Numbered from the whole stretch's first letter, positions 1 to 14,719 are shown. The stretch: DNA of 63,053 nucleotides, filler included, from Octopus bimaculoides (GCF_001194135.2; 5 parts of 5 records of this genome joined end to end with filler, not necessarily neighbours in it); one strand, 5' to 3'. Translations and numbers: made by a program. Notes: generated by a model from the letters alone, not told the origin.

Positions 1-387
1 GGGGAAAGAAAGCAGAAAAATAAGAGAAAATGCACATTGAAAATCAAAAAGGAGGTAAGGCTTTTTTATGAAAAGTGACGATACATATATACAATTAGAT
101 GAACTGAGGTAGGAATAAAGGTAAAAGAAAGTCATTATTGTGAGTTGTTAAAGGGATTCAAAAACATACCGGTTTCGTAATATTCCTAATCATTGCATTG
201 AATATTCACCGAATCCTGAACGGTGTCAAGTCTATTAGTCCCTTAGTAAAAAGTTTATGTGTAAGTGAGGTAAGTAGTTCTGGATTTGGTGCAATTAGGG
301 TAGATCTGGATCTGTAAGGTGAATGGTGTATGGGATGTATGGGGGTTAGTGATATTAAATGGAAGATTAGTGGTGTTCTATATGATG

Positions 388-1874
388 TTATGTGTTTATA
401 TTTAGTTGAGGAAGATATTTATTAATGAAAAATGCATCTTTATTCATTCTTTGTTGTGTAGACGTGTTCTGTGAACATTGATAGAAAGGAAAAATTAGGA
501 AACTAGGATTAAGATTCCTCGCACACCTTTCCATGTGTCCACTGACCTGTATCTGTCTGTAATGTGGGTGGCGGATTTGTTCTTTGTGGAGAGTGGTTCT
601 TCTACTGAGTGATTTTCCTGTTTGGCCAATATAGTAATTACTGCACCCTAAGCATGTAATGGCATAGATTAGATTTTCCGAGGCATAGGTGAAATTTGAT
701 TTAATCTTAAAGATTTCACCTTCCTTAAAGTGGCACTCAGAACCCTTCAAATGGTGGGGGCAAGTACCACAGTTAGGTCGACCACTTTTTTTACTTTTGG
801 TTCTGTTGTTAATGGATACAGTCTTGCGCTGGTTAATATTTTTTCAGTGATTTAGGTTGCATTTTATTTTTAATAATTTTGTGTGAGTCTAAAATTTTGT
901 TCATTGTTTTATCTCTTGTGAAGATGGGAATATTTTGGGTGATAACGTTAAAGACTTCGTTGTTTCTAGGGTTATGTGAGGAGAAGTATGGGAGTATTTG
1001 AAAGTCTGGTTTAGTATTTCGGTTGACTTCTCTTAATGTTTGTATGTCTATTTCCTTACCTCGGTTGATTCCATTATTTATTAAAGATAGTGGGTAATGT
1101 CTTTTGAGTAGTATTGATCTGAGTTCAAGGAGTCATCGTTCACGAGTATCGGGGTCCGAAACTATGGTACAGATTCTTTTCGCTAGATTATACGGTATAT
1201 TAATTTTTATGTGTTTGGGGTGGCATGAGTTAAATAATAGGTATTGTTTAGAATCTCTAGGTTTATAGAAGATGTCTGTTTCTATGTGGTTATTGACTAT
1301 TTTAATTAGGATGTCAAGAAAAGGGAGTTGTTTACTGCTGTGCTCCATAGTGAATTGTTTGTTACTATTAATATCGTTAAGCACTATTTTGAAATCGAGG
1401 AGTTTGTCCATGCTGTCGTTCCAAAGTATAAAGCAATCGTCCAAATACCTCTTCCAATTCTCCTCTAAATAGCAATGAAAAGAGTTGCCATATTTTTGTA
1501 CTGATGAATGATATATATTAAGCTCTAGGTAACTCATTACAAGGTTCGCAATCACTGGCGCAGCTCGTGTTCCCATTGCAATTCCACATTTTTGTCGATA
1601 GTAAGCTGTATCAAACATGAAATAGTTGTTCAGCAGGATGAATTTGAGTGCTGCGATTATAAATCTGTGGTTGATGCGCCCTGGGATCTCTTGCGGGTAT
1701 TTTTCTAGCCAGAAGGAGATCGCTTCTATACCATAATCGTGTGGGACATTGGTGTACAAATTCACCACATCGAATGATACTAACAGGGTACCTTCACTTA
1801 TTGTCTTCGGGAGGTGGTTTAGCATATCTAAGTCATCCCTGATGAAGCTTCTTACATATTTTAGAAACGGTTTG
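388..1874 (-). mobile_element. Degenerate Penelope-like retroelement (RT + C-terminal GIY-YIG), 5' end lost in gap
   Basis: ORF 1133-1825 has PLE RT motifs (VSFDVVNLYTNVP, GIAMGTRAAPVIANL, WKRYLDDCFI, LPFLDILI, HPKHIKINIPYNLAKRI). ORF 388-750 has GIY-YIG (IYAITCLGCSNYYIGQTG...R...H, ends PQLN). The linker contains stops. Confidence 0.93.
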
Positions 1875-3464
1875 NNNNNNNNNNNNNNNNNNNNNNNNNN
1901 NNNNNNNNNNNNNNNNNNNNNNNNNNNNNNNNNNNNNNNNNNNNNNNNNNNNNNNNNNNNNNNNNNNNNNNNNNNNNNNNNNNNNNNNNNNNNNNNNNNN
2001 NNNNNNNNNNNNNNNNNNNNNNNNNNNNNNNNNNNNNNNNNNNNNNNNNNNNNNNNNNNNNNNNNNNNNNNNNNNNNNNNNNNNNNNNNNNNNNNNNNNN
2101 NNNNNNNNNNNNNNNNNNNNNNNNNNNNNNNNNNNNNNNNNNNNNNNNNNNNNNNNNNNNNNNNNNNNNNNNNNNNNNNNNNNNNNNNNNNNNNNNNNNN
2201 NNNNNNNNNNNNNNNNNNNNNNNNNNNNNNNNNNNNNNNNNNNNNNNNNNNNNNNNNNNNNNNNNNNNNNNNNNNNNNNNNNNNNNNNNNNNNNNNNNNN
2301 NNNNNNNNNNNNNNNNNNNNNNNNNNNNNNNNNNNNNNNNNNNNNNNNNNNNNNNNNNNNNNNNNNNNNNNNNNNNNNNNNNNNNNNNNNNNNNNNNNNN
2401 NNNNNNNNNNNNNNNNNNNNNNNNNNNNNNNNNNNNNNNNNNNNNNNNNNNNNNNNNNNNNNNNNNNNNNNNNNNNNNNNNNNNNNNNNNNNNNNNNNNN
2501 NNNNNNNNNNNNNNNNNNNNNNNNNNNNNNNNNNNNNNNNNNNNNNNNNNNNNNNNNNNNNNNNNNNNNNNNNNNNNNNNNNNNNNNNNNNNNNNNNNNN
2601 NNNNNNNNNNNNNNNNNNNNNNNNNNNNNNNNNNNNNNNNNNNNNNNNNNNNNNNNNNNNNNNNNNNNNNNNNNNNNNNNNNNNNNNNNNNNNNNNNNNN
2701 NNNNNNNNNNNNNNNNNNNNATATATATATATATATATATGTACGAGGAGAGAGTTGAAATGCTCCTGGCTTTGAGTAAAAAAATACACGAGAATCAATT
2801 AATTATAATATTGTTTAACATATTCCCCTCTCAGATTCACACACTTAATGCAGAAGTCCTTCGGTGTTTCTAAACCCTGAAAAGAACTCGGAATGTTGGG
2901 TCTCCAATTAGGCCTTTCTCGAAACCCTTTAAAGCTAGGAACGTTTCAGTACCCACTTGTATTTATATATGTGCAACAATATATCAAAGTAGTGTGTCTG
3001 TTAGATTATGTGATAATGCATAGATGTACATATAACGAATATTACATGAATCAGCAAAGCGAAGAGGAATTTATTAGTTTTATATTGGAACACACACTCA
3101 CCTCGCAAATACACAGATACATACACACATATATTTCTATGCACTTACACACAAATGAGTATGTGCATAAATATTTCTTTTCGTCTCCGTCTATGAGTCT
3201 GAAATTTTTGTCTATTCATTAAATTATGTAATGCAATGATTATCGTTCTAATGAAGCTCATGACGTTGATTCTAAATTTCTAGAGAAATATTGCAATGAC
3301 GAACGGATATATCCTGCAGCTCTGGTCATTCATCAAAATGTTGAAGAGTCTTTACAGGAATCATGTGAAGTAGTCGATATTATGTCGTGGCACTAGTTAG
3401 ACAATCGCCCTCAACTACCCATGTTTCCTCAGAAATCAAGCCATAACGCTAGTTGTTATTTCAT

Positions 3465-3521
<57 letters not shown>

Positions 3522-3567
3522 CGTGTTTGCGTGTGCACATGTAATTATACATGTATATATATGTATG

Positions 3568-3677
<110 letters not shown>

Positions 3678-4242
3678 TATATATATATATGTGTGTGTGT
3701 GCATGTATATATATATGTGTATGTGTGTGTGTGTGTGTGTAGGTGTAGACAGAGAGAGGTGGCTAGAAAGATAGATCGATAACAATTTTATATTCTGGTA
3801 TAAACCTTATTGTATGCCGTTTCGAGCTCGATCACGGCTACCTGATGTCACCAGAGGTATAGTCCACAGGTGTTATTCCTGGAATTCGTTCGTATCCGTA
3901 GAGTGTTCAAAAATATACCAAGGCAAATGGTATCCTCGAGATTCTTCATTATTCTCTATGCTCATTTCTACTCATCCTGCACTGGTGTCTCGTGGGTGAG
4001 ATGTTGTGCAATTAGTTTTGGTGCATCGTAGTTATGAATGTATCTTATTAGGTGACTTGTCGAAAGCTACCTCGCTTTTCAGTCTCTGTTTCACTTATTT
4101 CCATTAAAATAGCTTTTGGCAGTTATAGTGTGCTACACATCTAAGCAAGCAGCTTGGTCTTAATGTAGAAGTTTAGGCAAGAACAAGTTATGTTCTTGCT
4201 TTAAAATATCATTAAGTTTCGTTTATACATGTAGCAATAGAG

Positions 4243-4695
4243 ACGTAGGAGTGGCTCTGTGGTAAGTAGCTTGCTTACGAGCCGCACGGTTCCGGAATCA
4301 GTCCCACTGCGTGGCACCTTGGGCAAGTGTTTCTACTATAACCTCGGGTCGACCAAATCCTTGTGAGTGGACTTGGCAGACGGAAACTGAAAGAATGCCG
4401 TAGTATGTATGTATGTATATATACATGTATGTATATATNNNNNNNNNNNNNNNNNNNNNNNNNNNNNNNNNNNNNNNNNNNNNNNNNNNNNNNNNNNNNN
4501 NNNNNNNNNNNNNNNNNNNNNNNNNNNNNNNNNNNNNNNNNNNNNNNNNNNNNNNNNNNNNNNNNNNNNNNNNNNNNNNNNNNNNNNNNNNNNNNNNNNN
4601 NNNNNNNNNNNNNNNNNNNNNNNNNNNNNNNNNNNNNNNNNNNNNNNNNNNNNNNNNNNNNNNNNNNNNNNNNNNNNNNNNNNNNNNNNNNNNNN

Positions 4696-4730
<35 letters not shown>

Positions 4731-4976
4731 CTATATATATGTGTGTGTGTGTGTGTGCATATGTTTGTGTGTCTGTGTTTGCCCCCCCAACATCGCTTGA
4801 CAACCGATGCTGGTGTGTTTACGTCCCCATAACATAGCGGTTCGGTAAAAGAGACCGATATAATAAGTACGAGGCTTACAAAGAATAAGTCCTGGGGTCG
4901 ACTTGCTCCACTAAAGGCGGTGCTCCAGCAATTCCATAGTGAAATGACTGAAACAAGTAAAAGAGTAAAAGAGTAA
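4243..4976 (+). mobile_element. tRNA-derived SINE family A, near full length, with internal TA/TG microsatellite
   Basis: Head ggagtggctctgtggtaagtagc...ggttccggaatcagtccc with A/B-box-like motifs; tail gactgaaacaagtaaaagagtaaaagag; many homologous copies in the window. Confidence 0.88.
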
Positions 4977-7023
4977 TCATGCAATTGTTAGTTTACCACA
5001 CTAATTTGTGGTGATTGGCTGAAATATCCTTCACATGAGTTTTCTGACAGTTACTGGGCCCTTTGTCGTGATTAGTTAAATGTTGCGCGGGAAATGGATA
5101 GAAAGTCCAATCAAGTTTCGCTTAATATGTTTTAAGCGACAAGTTCTGTATGTGTTCTCGAACACACATTTCTCTATAAATTTAGTTCGACAAATATTTC
5201 ACAAGTAGGGAGGTGAGAGCAGGCATTGAGTGCACATACCAATCGTCTAAAGAAGTATCGACACACAACAAAGTCATATAACCAAACAGCTTAATTACTA
5301 GGATGATTGAGAAACTACAATCCGACAAAACTTATTAATGTGTCATTGTGTCCGAACAACTGTGCAAATATTACAAAGGAATAAACGCATGATGCTAATT
5401 CCAAGATTGCCTTTCTTATTCATACAGACTCATCAAACACGTAACATAATATTGAACAATGAACTGTACCTTCGCAACAAGTTCTTCTCTAATAAACAAT
5501 AATGTGACTTTCAAGGATCAGACAAACCCAAAATAAGATAAGTAACTGGGTCAGATAAAATGTTAAAAACTTTTGATGAAAGACCGTTAAATAAGACCAT
5601 AAACAACCATGCGATCAAGAAAGAAATATACAAAGGCGAGCGTGAAAAGTAATATTCTTAAGATCATAAACCTGGAAATGTACAGGACAATTTATTACAC
5701 CTGTAAAGTAGTGGACAAGCTATTACTTCTAGTTAAGTAAAGAATAAGAAACTTTTTACTTTTTACATTGCAGCAAAGAATGCCAGTTCTTCTAATTTAT
5801 CACTCTTTACAGTTCTCATGTTTTAAATTTATTATACAGAAATATTCAGCTAGTTTGTAAGTTTATCTAATTTGTCATTTTTTTCTCTATCTAAGGTAGT
5901 AAATTAACCAAATTCTACTGAAATAAGCATGGCGTTATTTGTAAACTATAATAAAATAAGTTTTAATACTCAAATTTTAATTTTAGCTGCAATATGTTAA
6001 GTAAAAATTTTCCTATACTTTACTAGAAGTAATAGCTTGTCCTGTACTTTTACAGGTGTAATAACTTGTCCTGTACTTTACCAAGTTAATAATCTTAATA
6101 ATATAACTTTTCATGCTCGCATTTTTCCATGTAATCCATGTTTTTTCTAGGCATTGCTGTAATAAGATAATTAATGATGTGTCAATTTATAATTTTAGAT
6201 TTCACCTTATAAAATACTGAAAGATAATATTTCAATTTTTCCATGTAAATGATGATAATATTCTGATTGAATTATTTGATATTACCCATTCACACCAAAT
6301 TAATGGCTGGGATTGTTACCATCTTGTTGGATGCATCATGGCTCAACAAAAGTTATAAACAAAAAGACCCTAAAACCATCAGTTACCAGGCTCACCTTAA
6401 GTAACCTAATTTTGCAATATTAGGAGTCACAGGAATTCATTCAATGAAAAAAAAAAAAATTCAATGATTCTGGGATTGAGACGAGAACCCCACCACCGAA
6501 TTTTTTCCGAACCAAATTCGGGGATTTGCAGCATATTAGGAGGTCATGTTACTTTATACCACGCAAATAATCATTTTTTTTTTCTTTATGAAAATCATGC
6601 GGGTGTTAATATAGAAATTTACCATAATGTTGCTGTTATTTAGTCTCAAATCAACCCTGGTACTGAAAACCTATCATTGAAGATATTCCAACCTTCAGCA
6701 AACCGTCCTTTTAGGGATAATCTGGGACATTACATACAATGGATGTGTGATTTAGGTAGGAAGATACTTTGGCTGCAAGTTTTAGCGTGTCTAGCGACCA
6801 GGTATTTCAGTGGTTCGATTGCTTGATGAGATTCCTTTATACATATATGTAATCTGGATATATATATAATCGTGAGATAACTTTTAAACATATAAACTGG
6901 TAAAGCAACAATTGGAGGTGAACAATTCACCAGCAAAAAAGGTGGAACAAGTAAAAATTTTGAGAAAGCACAATAGAATTTGTGTCCATGTGTATATTTA
7001 TATCTACTTATATTTATATAGAC

Positions 7024-7024
<1 letters not shown>

Positions 7025-7118
<94 letters not shown>

Positions 7119-7200
7119 AAAGAGAGAGAAATAGAGAGATAGAGAGAGAGAGAAAGCGTGTGCGAACGCACGCACGTGCTTGTGTATGTGTGTGTGTAGA
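7025..7200. repeat. Compound (TA)n(GA)n(TG)n microsatellite
   Basis: Directly visible. Confidence 0.95.
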
Positions 7201-7517
7201 CATACACTATACCACCACAAATCACAACTATGTGTTGCTTCAACGTACTGGAAACTCAATACTACGTACCCACACAATTCTGGTGCCTTACATGTCAATA
7301 CACCTAGATTCTAATGAACCCTTCTCTTCTTTTCACTCATTTTCTCTTTCTATATCTATTTTATACTCCCTTTCTCGCGATTCTCTTTCACTAGTTATTC
7401 GTATTATGAGTCTCCCCCACCCACCTGCACTTCTATGATTCTAATTTCTGGCTGTCTTTTTATTCGAAACCTCAATGTGATAAGACGTTGGAAATGTGTA
7501 TGTAATCAGTTCTAATT

Positions 7518-7550
<33 letters not shown>

Positions 7551-8397
7551 NNNNNNNNNNTTTTTTTTTGTTTTTTTTGTTTTTTGTTTGTTTTAGTAAC
7601 ATGAAACGTTAAAATCGTTTCGTGTTCCCTATTACCGAACCTTTTCTTTGTACAGTCTTAAGCCGATATTGTTTAATTCCATGTTTTTGTCTTTGCTATT
7701 TTCCTTTTCACCACTTTTATATATCTGTACTCATTTATTAATTTCTTGGTCTCCCTTTTAACCCCCTCATTTTACTTCTGTGCTATAACTTACTCTTATT
7801 CTCATTTTGTCTCTTGTAATCTCTCTATATGTTTCTATATTTCGAAAGGTATTTGGAAGTATATATACATATAAGTGCTGGTCTCAGTAATCATGTCTTA
7901 ATCCATATGTAATCAAGCATGTTCTCGTGTCTATATATCTGTGAGATACAATATAAAAGTTAGCACTTAATGAAAATTGTTTAATTCTATCAGAACTCCA
8001 ATTTTAAAAGACTCAACTCTATCAGTTCGACGGTAAGTTTATCTATCAATTAAACCGGAGGCAAAGTATTTCGTTGAAAATAAAATGAAAAGTTTTATTT
8101 TATTTGTTCATTTCGTTATTACACCAACAAATTGAGAGGAAACTCTGGCAAACTAAATTGCATGTCTCACTCGCTCTGTTTTATTCCGCCTGTCTTTCTC
8201 TTATCAACTCTGATTGGAGTTTAGCAGTAATAACAGCATTATTAAATGTTGCAATGTAAAAGTTTAGTATTTTATTGTCGTATTAATTTCGTTCGTAGTC
8301 ATTCAGTTCCATTAGAGCGTCAGCTAGAACGCTTATCAGTATTCGTTTCTGCGCTCTGCCTTCAAAACCCACCCAGATAAACATTGCTTTCGATATC

Positions 8398-8408
8398 TGT
8401 CTGTTTAC

Positions 8409-8460
<52 letters not shown>

Positions 8461-8481
8461 ACATACATACATACATACATA
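8398..8481. repeat. (ATCT)n(ACAT)n tetranucleotide microsatellite
   Basis: Directly visible. Confidence 0.95.
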
Positions 8482-10289
8482 AAAATGTCTCGACATTTTG
8501 TCTTTGAGTGAAGCAGGAGGTAATATAATCCTGAAAATATTTATGTACCGGGTGGTTTATAATCCAATCGAAAATATACAGTGAGTAATGATGAAGGAAA
8601 TAAAGTTACAAAGTATGACTGATTGCTTTCAACTTTAGATACAGCATTTATTCAGACCAGTGATTCCTCCAAATACTGCAGGATAGTCGGCGTTTAGGCA
8701 GGCATAGTGGGTAAAGGAGGTTTGTAATCGTGGCCACTGATTGCCCTATTACTTCAGATTGACACATAATATGATGTAGAAGTAGTTAACAAAATGACTA
8801 TATTTTCTAAAACGCATTGATCATTGTAACAAATGTCACTCATGCACCCATACACACACACTCATAAAGGTATCCATAGCATTAAGTACTTGGAATCTAC
8901 TATACAGGTCTACTATAACCTGACGTAAACAACTTTATACCAACACATGTATATAATCATGCAAACCGATATCTTTGTATACATACCAAGATATATAAAG
9001 CCTCAGGTCGATATGGAGACACCAGTTGCGTTACTAAACGTATTATAAATCATAATCCCTAGAATTTTTATCCAAAGATATTACATTATAAAAAGAAATG
9101 GTACATTGCTAATGCACAGTTAATTTCATATTCCAACCAGATTCCAAGAAAGTGTTAAATATGCAGTATCAGTGTCTCTATAGGTAGGGAGATTCTGGAT
9201 AACTAAGGAAGATGCCCACTGACGCATATACAAGGATGCATGTATTTTCTTCTGTCTTCTTTTTCTTATTCGTGTGCATATTGCATATTTAGATTTTTTT
9301 TTTAGATTCATCGAAATAACGTTTTTCAAAACTTCTATAAATAGGATATATACTACAGAGTATCTTTGTTTCTGTGTGAGCTGCCGCGTATGTGTCGTTT
9401 GCATACTTTGGCTGTGTTTATAATAACCGTATGCCTATTTTTACCGGAATATAAACATATACAATTCAACCATGAATTCACAGACAACATGCAAAATCAC
9501 ATGTACCTACTTTTTTCATTCTTTGTACATAATAAGCATGACTATACAAATATATTTAAGGCTTTATACAATATTGTTTTGTACGCACGCATATATAAAT
9601 GAATATTGCATACATCCATATGTACACACATATATGTATTCTTAATTATGTATATATATANNNNNNNNNNNNNNNNNNNNNNNNNNNNNNNNNNNNNNNN
9701 NNNNNNNNNNNNNNNNNNNNNNNNNNNNNNNNNNNNNNNNNNNNNNNNNNNNNNNNNNNNNNNNNNNNNNNNNNNNNNNNNNNNNNNNNNNNNNNNNNNN
9801 NNNNNNNNNNNNNNNNNNNNNNNNNNNNNNNNNNNNNNNNNNNNNNNNNNNNNNNNNNNNNNNNNNNNNNNNNNNNNNNNNNNNNNNNNNNNNNNNNNNN
9901 NNNNNNNNNNNNNNNNNNNNNNNNNNNNNNNNNNNNNNNNNNNNNNNNNNNNNNNNNNNNNNNNNNNNNNNNNNNNNNNNNNNNNNNNNNNNNNNNNNNN
10001 NNNNNNNNNNNNNNNNNNNNNNNNNNNNNNNNNNNNNNNNNNNNNNNNNNNNNNNNNNNNNNNNNNNNNNNNNNNNNNNNNNNNNNNNNNNNNNNNNNNN
10101 NNNNNNNNNNNNNNNNNNNNNNNNNNNNNNNNNNNNNNNNNNNNNNNNNNNNNNNNNNNNNNNNNNNNNNNNNNNNNNNNNNNNNNNNNNNNNNNNNNNN
10201 NNNNNNNNNNNNNNNNNNNNNNNNNNNNNNNNNNNNNNTAGTACTTATTCTATCGGTCTCTTTATATATATATATATATAAAGAATAAA

Positions 10290-11747
10290 TGGAGAAAAAC
10301 GCATATAATCAATAAGTTCCATTAATTCCTACATATGTTTCAAAATATATGTGCACACTACTCCAAAGAAGTAAGAGGTGCCGGAATTGCACATAAATTC
10401 ATCGTCAGGGAGCCAACATACAAAAGCAAGACTTGCGCTAAATGCTGAGATTGCGTACGAGTTATAACATTATATAGCTAAGTAAATGACCGTTAGAAAC
10501 AAGAACGCTGGTTTACAGGGAGCAGTTAAGGGAGAGCGGCTAAGAACGCTATACTAAAAGTTTAAATTAGAGGAAGGCATAATGGACCGCAGTAAAATCC
10601 AAAAATCTAAAGTTTAAAAAATGGCAAACTAAAAACCAGAAAAGGAGGAAGGGAGAGAATCTAATGAATTCATTATATATTACTCTTTATGTAAACAAAC
10701 TTATATACTGAGGTAAAACTAAGCAAAGATTATAAATATAATAAATTAAACATCCATAGCATTGTATCATATTAAGATACGGTTATTGACCTAAATAAAT
10801 GGTAATACAAGGTACAAAACTATCATGTGATGAAATAATAATAATAAACATGCTTACGAGAACGAGATCGAAAATATGTAAAGTTACGATTATACTTCAA
10901 ACTCAACGAATGTAGCTTTACTGGGAAAGACTTGCTGAACCTACTATGGAAGGAGAAAAAGTAAAAACAACTGGCTTTGGAGACAGAGATATTATTCCTG
11001 TTATTGTTACTATTATTGTTATAATAAATATAAAAATAAATAAAATATTATCATTATTACTATTATTGTTATTGTCAAAGCTAAAGGTAAAGACTAAGCT
11101 GGGTGATTGTACATTCCACTTGTAAGGCGGACGTCCACTAGGGAGAATGTCATGGTGAAAAAAAAAAAAATAATAATAACTAAAATTAGTAACAAGGATG
11201 AAATTAACGATAAGAACTGAAGGTGTGTTTCTTCCAGTGCAGGCATCTGTATGCTCTCTGTGTTATCTGGTTTACTAGATAATTCTTGGACAACAGAATA
11301 TGGAAAAGCTCCAAGTTACAAAGTGGACAAAAATCCTTAACTTTGTCGTAGGGTATTGAGGTAGCCAGTATTGACTATTCCAAAGAGAATTGTTTATTGC
11401 AATCGTTCAGTTTCCAGATTAATTTACTTAGACTAGTACTATTAACTTTATTCCTATCCCTAAAGGAAGAATAATGGTTGGAAATTCTCCTGGAGACCTG
11501 CGTCGAGGAGCTACCTACATAATGCGAGACGTCTGTGTTAGTCATTACCTTACATTGATAAACCACATTTTTGGTCCTGGCATTCGCACTTAAAAACTTA
11601 ATTCTATTAGAATCAGATTCGAGATACTAATCTTAATGTTGTTACATGATTGTTATATTTACTAATGTTGTACTTATTACCTATATTTTTACCTATAGAA
11701 CTATTACCATCATATGAGTGTTCTAAATTACTGGAGTAATTAATATT

Positions 11748-11804
<57 letters not shown>

Positions 11805-12330
11805 GTTGTTGTTGTTGTTATAAACATTACTATTGTTATCATCCTAATTAGGATAATTGACTAAAATTATGGGAAGATATTATCTGTAACAATTTTTTAG
11901 TATTAGAAAACCCAAATCTAACCTTATGTGTGTTGATTATTGGGTAATAGTGAAAACCCCTAGGAAAGTTCCTATACACCGCGTCTCAGAACTGCCAGAC
12001 CAAACTGGATTTAACTTTTTACCCGAACGGGAGGATGAACCAGATATTTTCATCAGATCTAGTTACGGTGTTAGTATAGTTGAATAAATAAAGTGTTTTT
12101 GTTTTTATTAAGGTGTTTACAGGCAGTTAGGCCACCTCCCTTATGTGAATGATTATAAGTATGTGCCACTTTTATAGTAAAGTGACAAGAAGGGGAAGAA
12201 ATAGAAATGGGTTTATCCCCGCTAGTAGAGGAGATATTTTGCTGTGCAAAAGACGAAAGATCACTAATTGAGTTGATGTATCTTAACTTGTCTTTGTAAC
12301 CTGCCTTCAATAAAGCTGAATTATAAAATT
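10290..12330 (-). mobile_element. Second, 5'-truncated degenerate Penelope-like element (linker, GIY-YIG, 3' pLTR with HHR)
   Basis: Minus-strand peptides: FYNSALLKAGYKDKLRY (~12270-12325); IWFILPFG*KVKSSLVWQF*DAVYRNFPRGFHYYPIINTHKVRFGFSNTKKLLQIISSHN (~11880-12050); VYQCKV...HYVGSSSTQVSRRISNHYSSF...STSLSKLIWKL and FCPLCNLELFHIL (~11290-11566). All match the PLE post-RT and GIY-YIG pattern. Confidence 0.85.
10324..10414 (-). ncRNA. Type I hammerhead ribozyme motif (family C) in the Penelope 3' terminus
   Basis: ctcc-CUGACGA-u-gaauuuaugugca...ugcacauauauuuu-GAAAC-AUAU-GUA-ggaa. Palindromic stem III, paired distal stem II, stem I 3 WC bp then a mismatch. Confidence 0.6.
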
Positions 12331-12331
12331 C

Positions 12332-12500
12332 AATTGCACATATATTTAGATGGAGATCTGTGATTTTATGTGTATGTGTGTGGAAGTCTTTTTGTATACG
12401 TTTAAATACATAATATGATGGTGTAATTATGTAAAATCAAATATATAAGCATATAAGCACACACATGTGTGTGAGCGTGTTTATATGTATAGAGATGGCT

Positions 12501-12550
<50 letters not shown>

Positions 12551-12919
12551 CTGTGTGTATGTGTGTGTGTGTGTCTGTGTGTATGTGTGTGTATGTGTGT
12601 GTGTGTGTCTGTGTGTATGTGTGTGTGTGGGTGTGTGTTTATGTGTATAGAGATGGGTCTTTATATATATATATATATATATATATACCACGGTGGTGCA
12701 CCAGCATGACCGCAGCCACTTGGCTGAAACACATAAATAAATATAAAGAGCCATCTCTATACACATAAACACGCTCACACACATATGTTTGTGCTTATAT
12801 GCTTATATATTTGATTTTACATAATTACATCATAATATTATGCCTTTAAACGTATACAAAGAGACTTCCGCACACATACACATAAAATCACAGATATTCA
12901 TTTAAATATATGTGCAATT
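12332..12919. repeat. ~175-bp inverted repeat (12332-12510 vs 12741-12919) around a microsatellite and SINE tail fragment
   Basis: The arms read as reverse complements with few mismatches. Confidence 0.88.
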
Positions 12920-14719
12920 TTTCTCAGTATTTGACAGATATTAAAACATAAAACAATGAAAGACTGAAACCTAATATTCTGTTCCGTACGGCACAATGGA
13001 AAAGAATCTGCAATAGTTGACCACGGATATTCGAACACTCAGGGTACAAGGTACAATTAGTGAAAATGAGTTCATTGTAATCTTAGATTTGACATTTACT
13101 CCGAAACTCTCTGCAATCAACAGGTTGTTCACCAGTAACCGTGTAGCAATGCATCATCATGTGAATGTTTTAAATCATACAAATAAAGCCATATCTGAAC
13201 TATGGCATTAGGATTAAGTCAGTTTGAGTTAAAATTAACAGGAATTTATTATCTTACATTTCTTCATAACCATTGATTGTCAGCATTTTTCATTAAAAAG
13301 CTCTTATGGAAATATTTGAAGTTTCAGAAAATAAAGGAACTGATTTTATCTCCTCAGTAATGGAAATACTCTTGCTTCTTTGCTTTGAACTTATGACATT
13401 TTTTTAACTGCTACAAAGCTGATTAATAATTTGCCTGAATCTAAAAATACTTCAATCCCAAAACACAGTGATTTTTCAGGACATGCAAACCATACTTGAA
13501 CGTATCGAGTACCGCAACAAATCATGTTCAGTTTTTCGACTATATTACAGCTACATACTATCGTTTTACTATAACATTGAAACATCTTCACCAATTTCAG
13601 GCTTAGAAGCAATTCTTTTAATTCTGGTTTTTTTTTTCTTTTTTTCTTATTTTCAATTTTTTCTCATTTTATGAAATCTTTGACTTGTATCATTTTTCCT
13701 CTCGCAATCTATACTTTATTTCTCTCACACATAACTCTTTTTACTTCTCTCTCTTTTTGTATCACTCAAACGCATCCTCACACTTTCACTGAGAGGTAAT
13801 CCAAACTCCAAAACATTTCGAACTATTGATATATTAAAATCTACCTACATGAATGTATATATAATTTACAAGAAACAACATTGAGCTATTTACTTGGTTC
13901 TAACATTAGAAGATATTAATTGTAATCAAGGATTTCTAATATATAAAACTTCTCAATCTATTTAAAATAAATTTGAATATATAGATATGTATTTCTAATA
14001 CGATACCAACAGTTCTTTTAGTTCATTGTCATTGTGTTGTACAATCGTTTGTCTTGACTTTAAAAACAAGTTCGCCAGCAATGTTCTTTAAAATCATTTC
14101 AACAAATGTATCTGCATCTCTACCAGTATTGAAGATAATCTATGCTTCCCCGTTTTCTATGCTAGACGCAAAATATTGTTTTGTTTGGTTACTTCCTTAG
14201 GGCATTAAATATAGCATTTTAACAAAACTTTTGCTACGAAGATAACCAATTTGATATACGTTAGGGCGAAAAGGAAAAAGGTAACTGTGGGACTTAATAA
14301 GTTTCAGAGACATGGCTGAGGCCATAAGCGTAAGAGCCATATTATATTTGGGGAGAACAAATCTGAAATTCAAAATATTAGAAAAGCAACAGTCGCATTC
14401 TGACTGCGAGAAATTCTGGATCATAGATAAGTGCTTCAGGATATTTATACAGGCGTACGAACAAGAGAATGGCTATCTGATTTACTATTTTAAAACTAAA
14501 TCATTCCCTACAACTGTCCAGTCAGTTGTCTTAATAACAAACGAAATTTATTAATGGACTGTAAATCTAATTTGTTCAGCTTATCATTCGAAATTAACAC
14601 GGAACACATTTTCTTTATAATATCCGTTAGAAGGTTTTTATTTGCTTTTAGATGGGGAAATCTTTAATATTTGTGTACCATTCTTATTTGAAGTTTATTC
14701 TGATACTTCTAACTTTTAA

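Noticed and set aside
150-240. GAAACCGGTA on minus downstream of the first Penelope as an HHR
   Set aside because: A palindromic stem III and plausible stem II are present, but no CUGANGA or stem I can be found; at best a remnant.
1131-1135. In-frame TGA in the Penelope ORF as possible selenocysteine
   Set aside because: Further stops follow in the linker, CGA-to-TGA decay is a simpler explanation, and the endonuclease is C-terminal, unlike the Naiad-type elements reported to use Sec.
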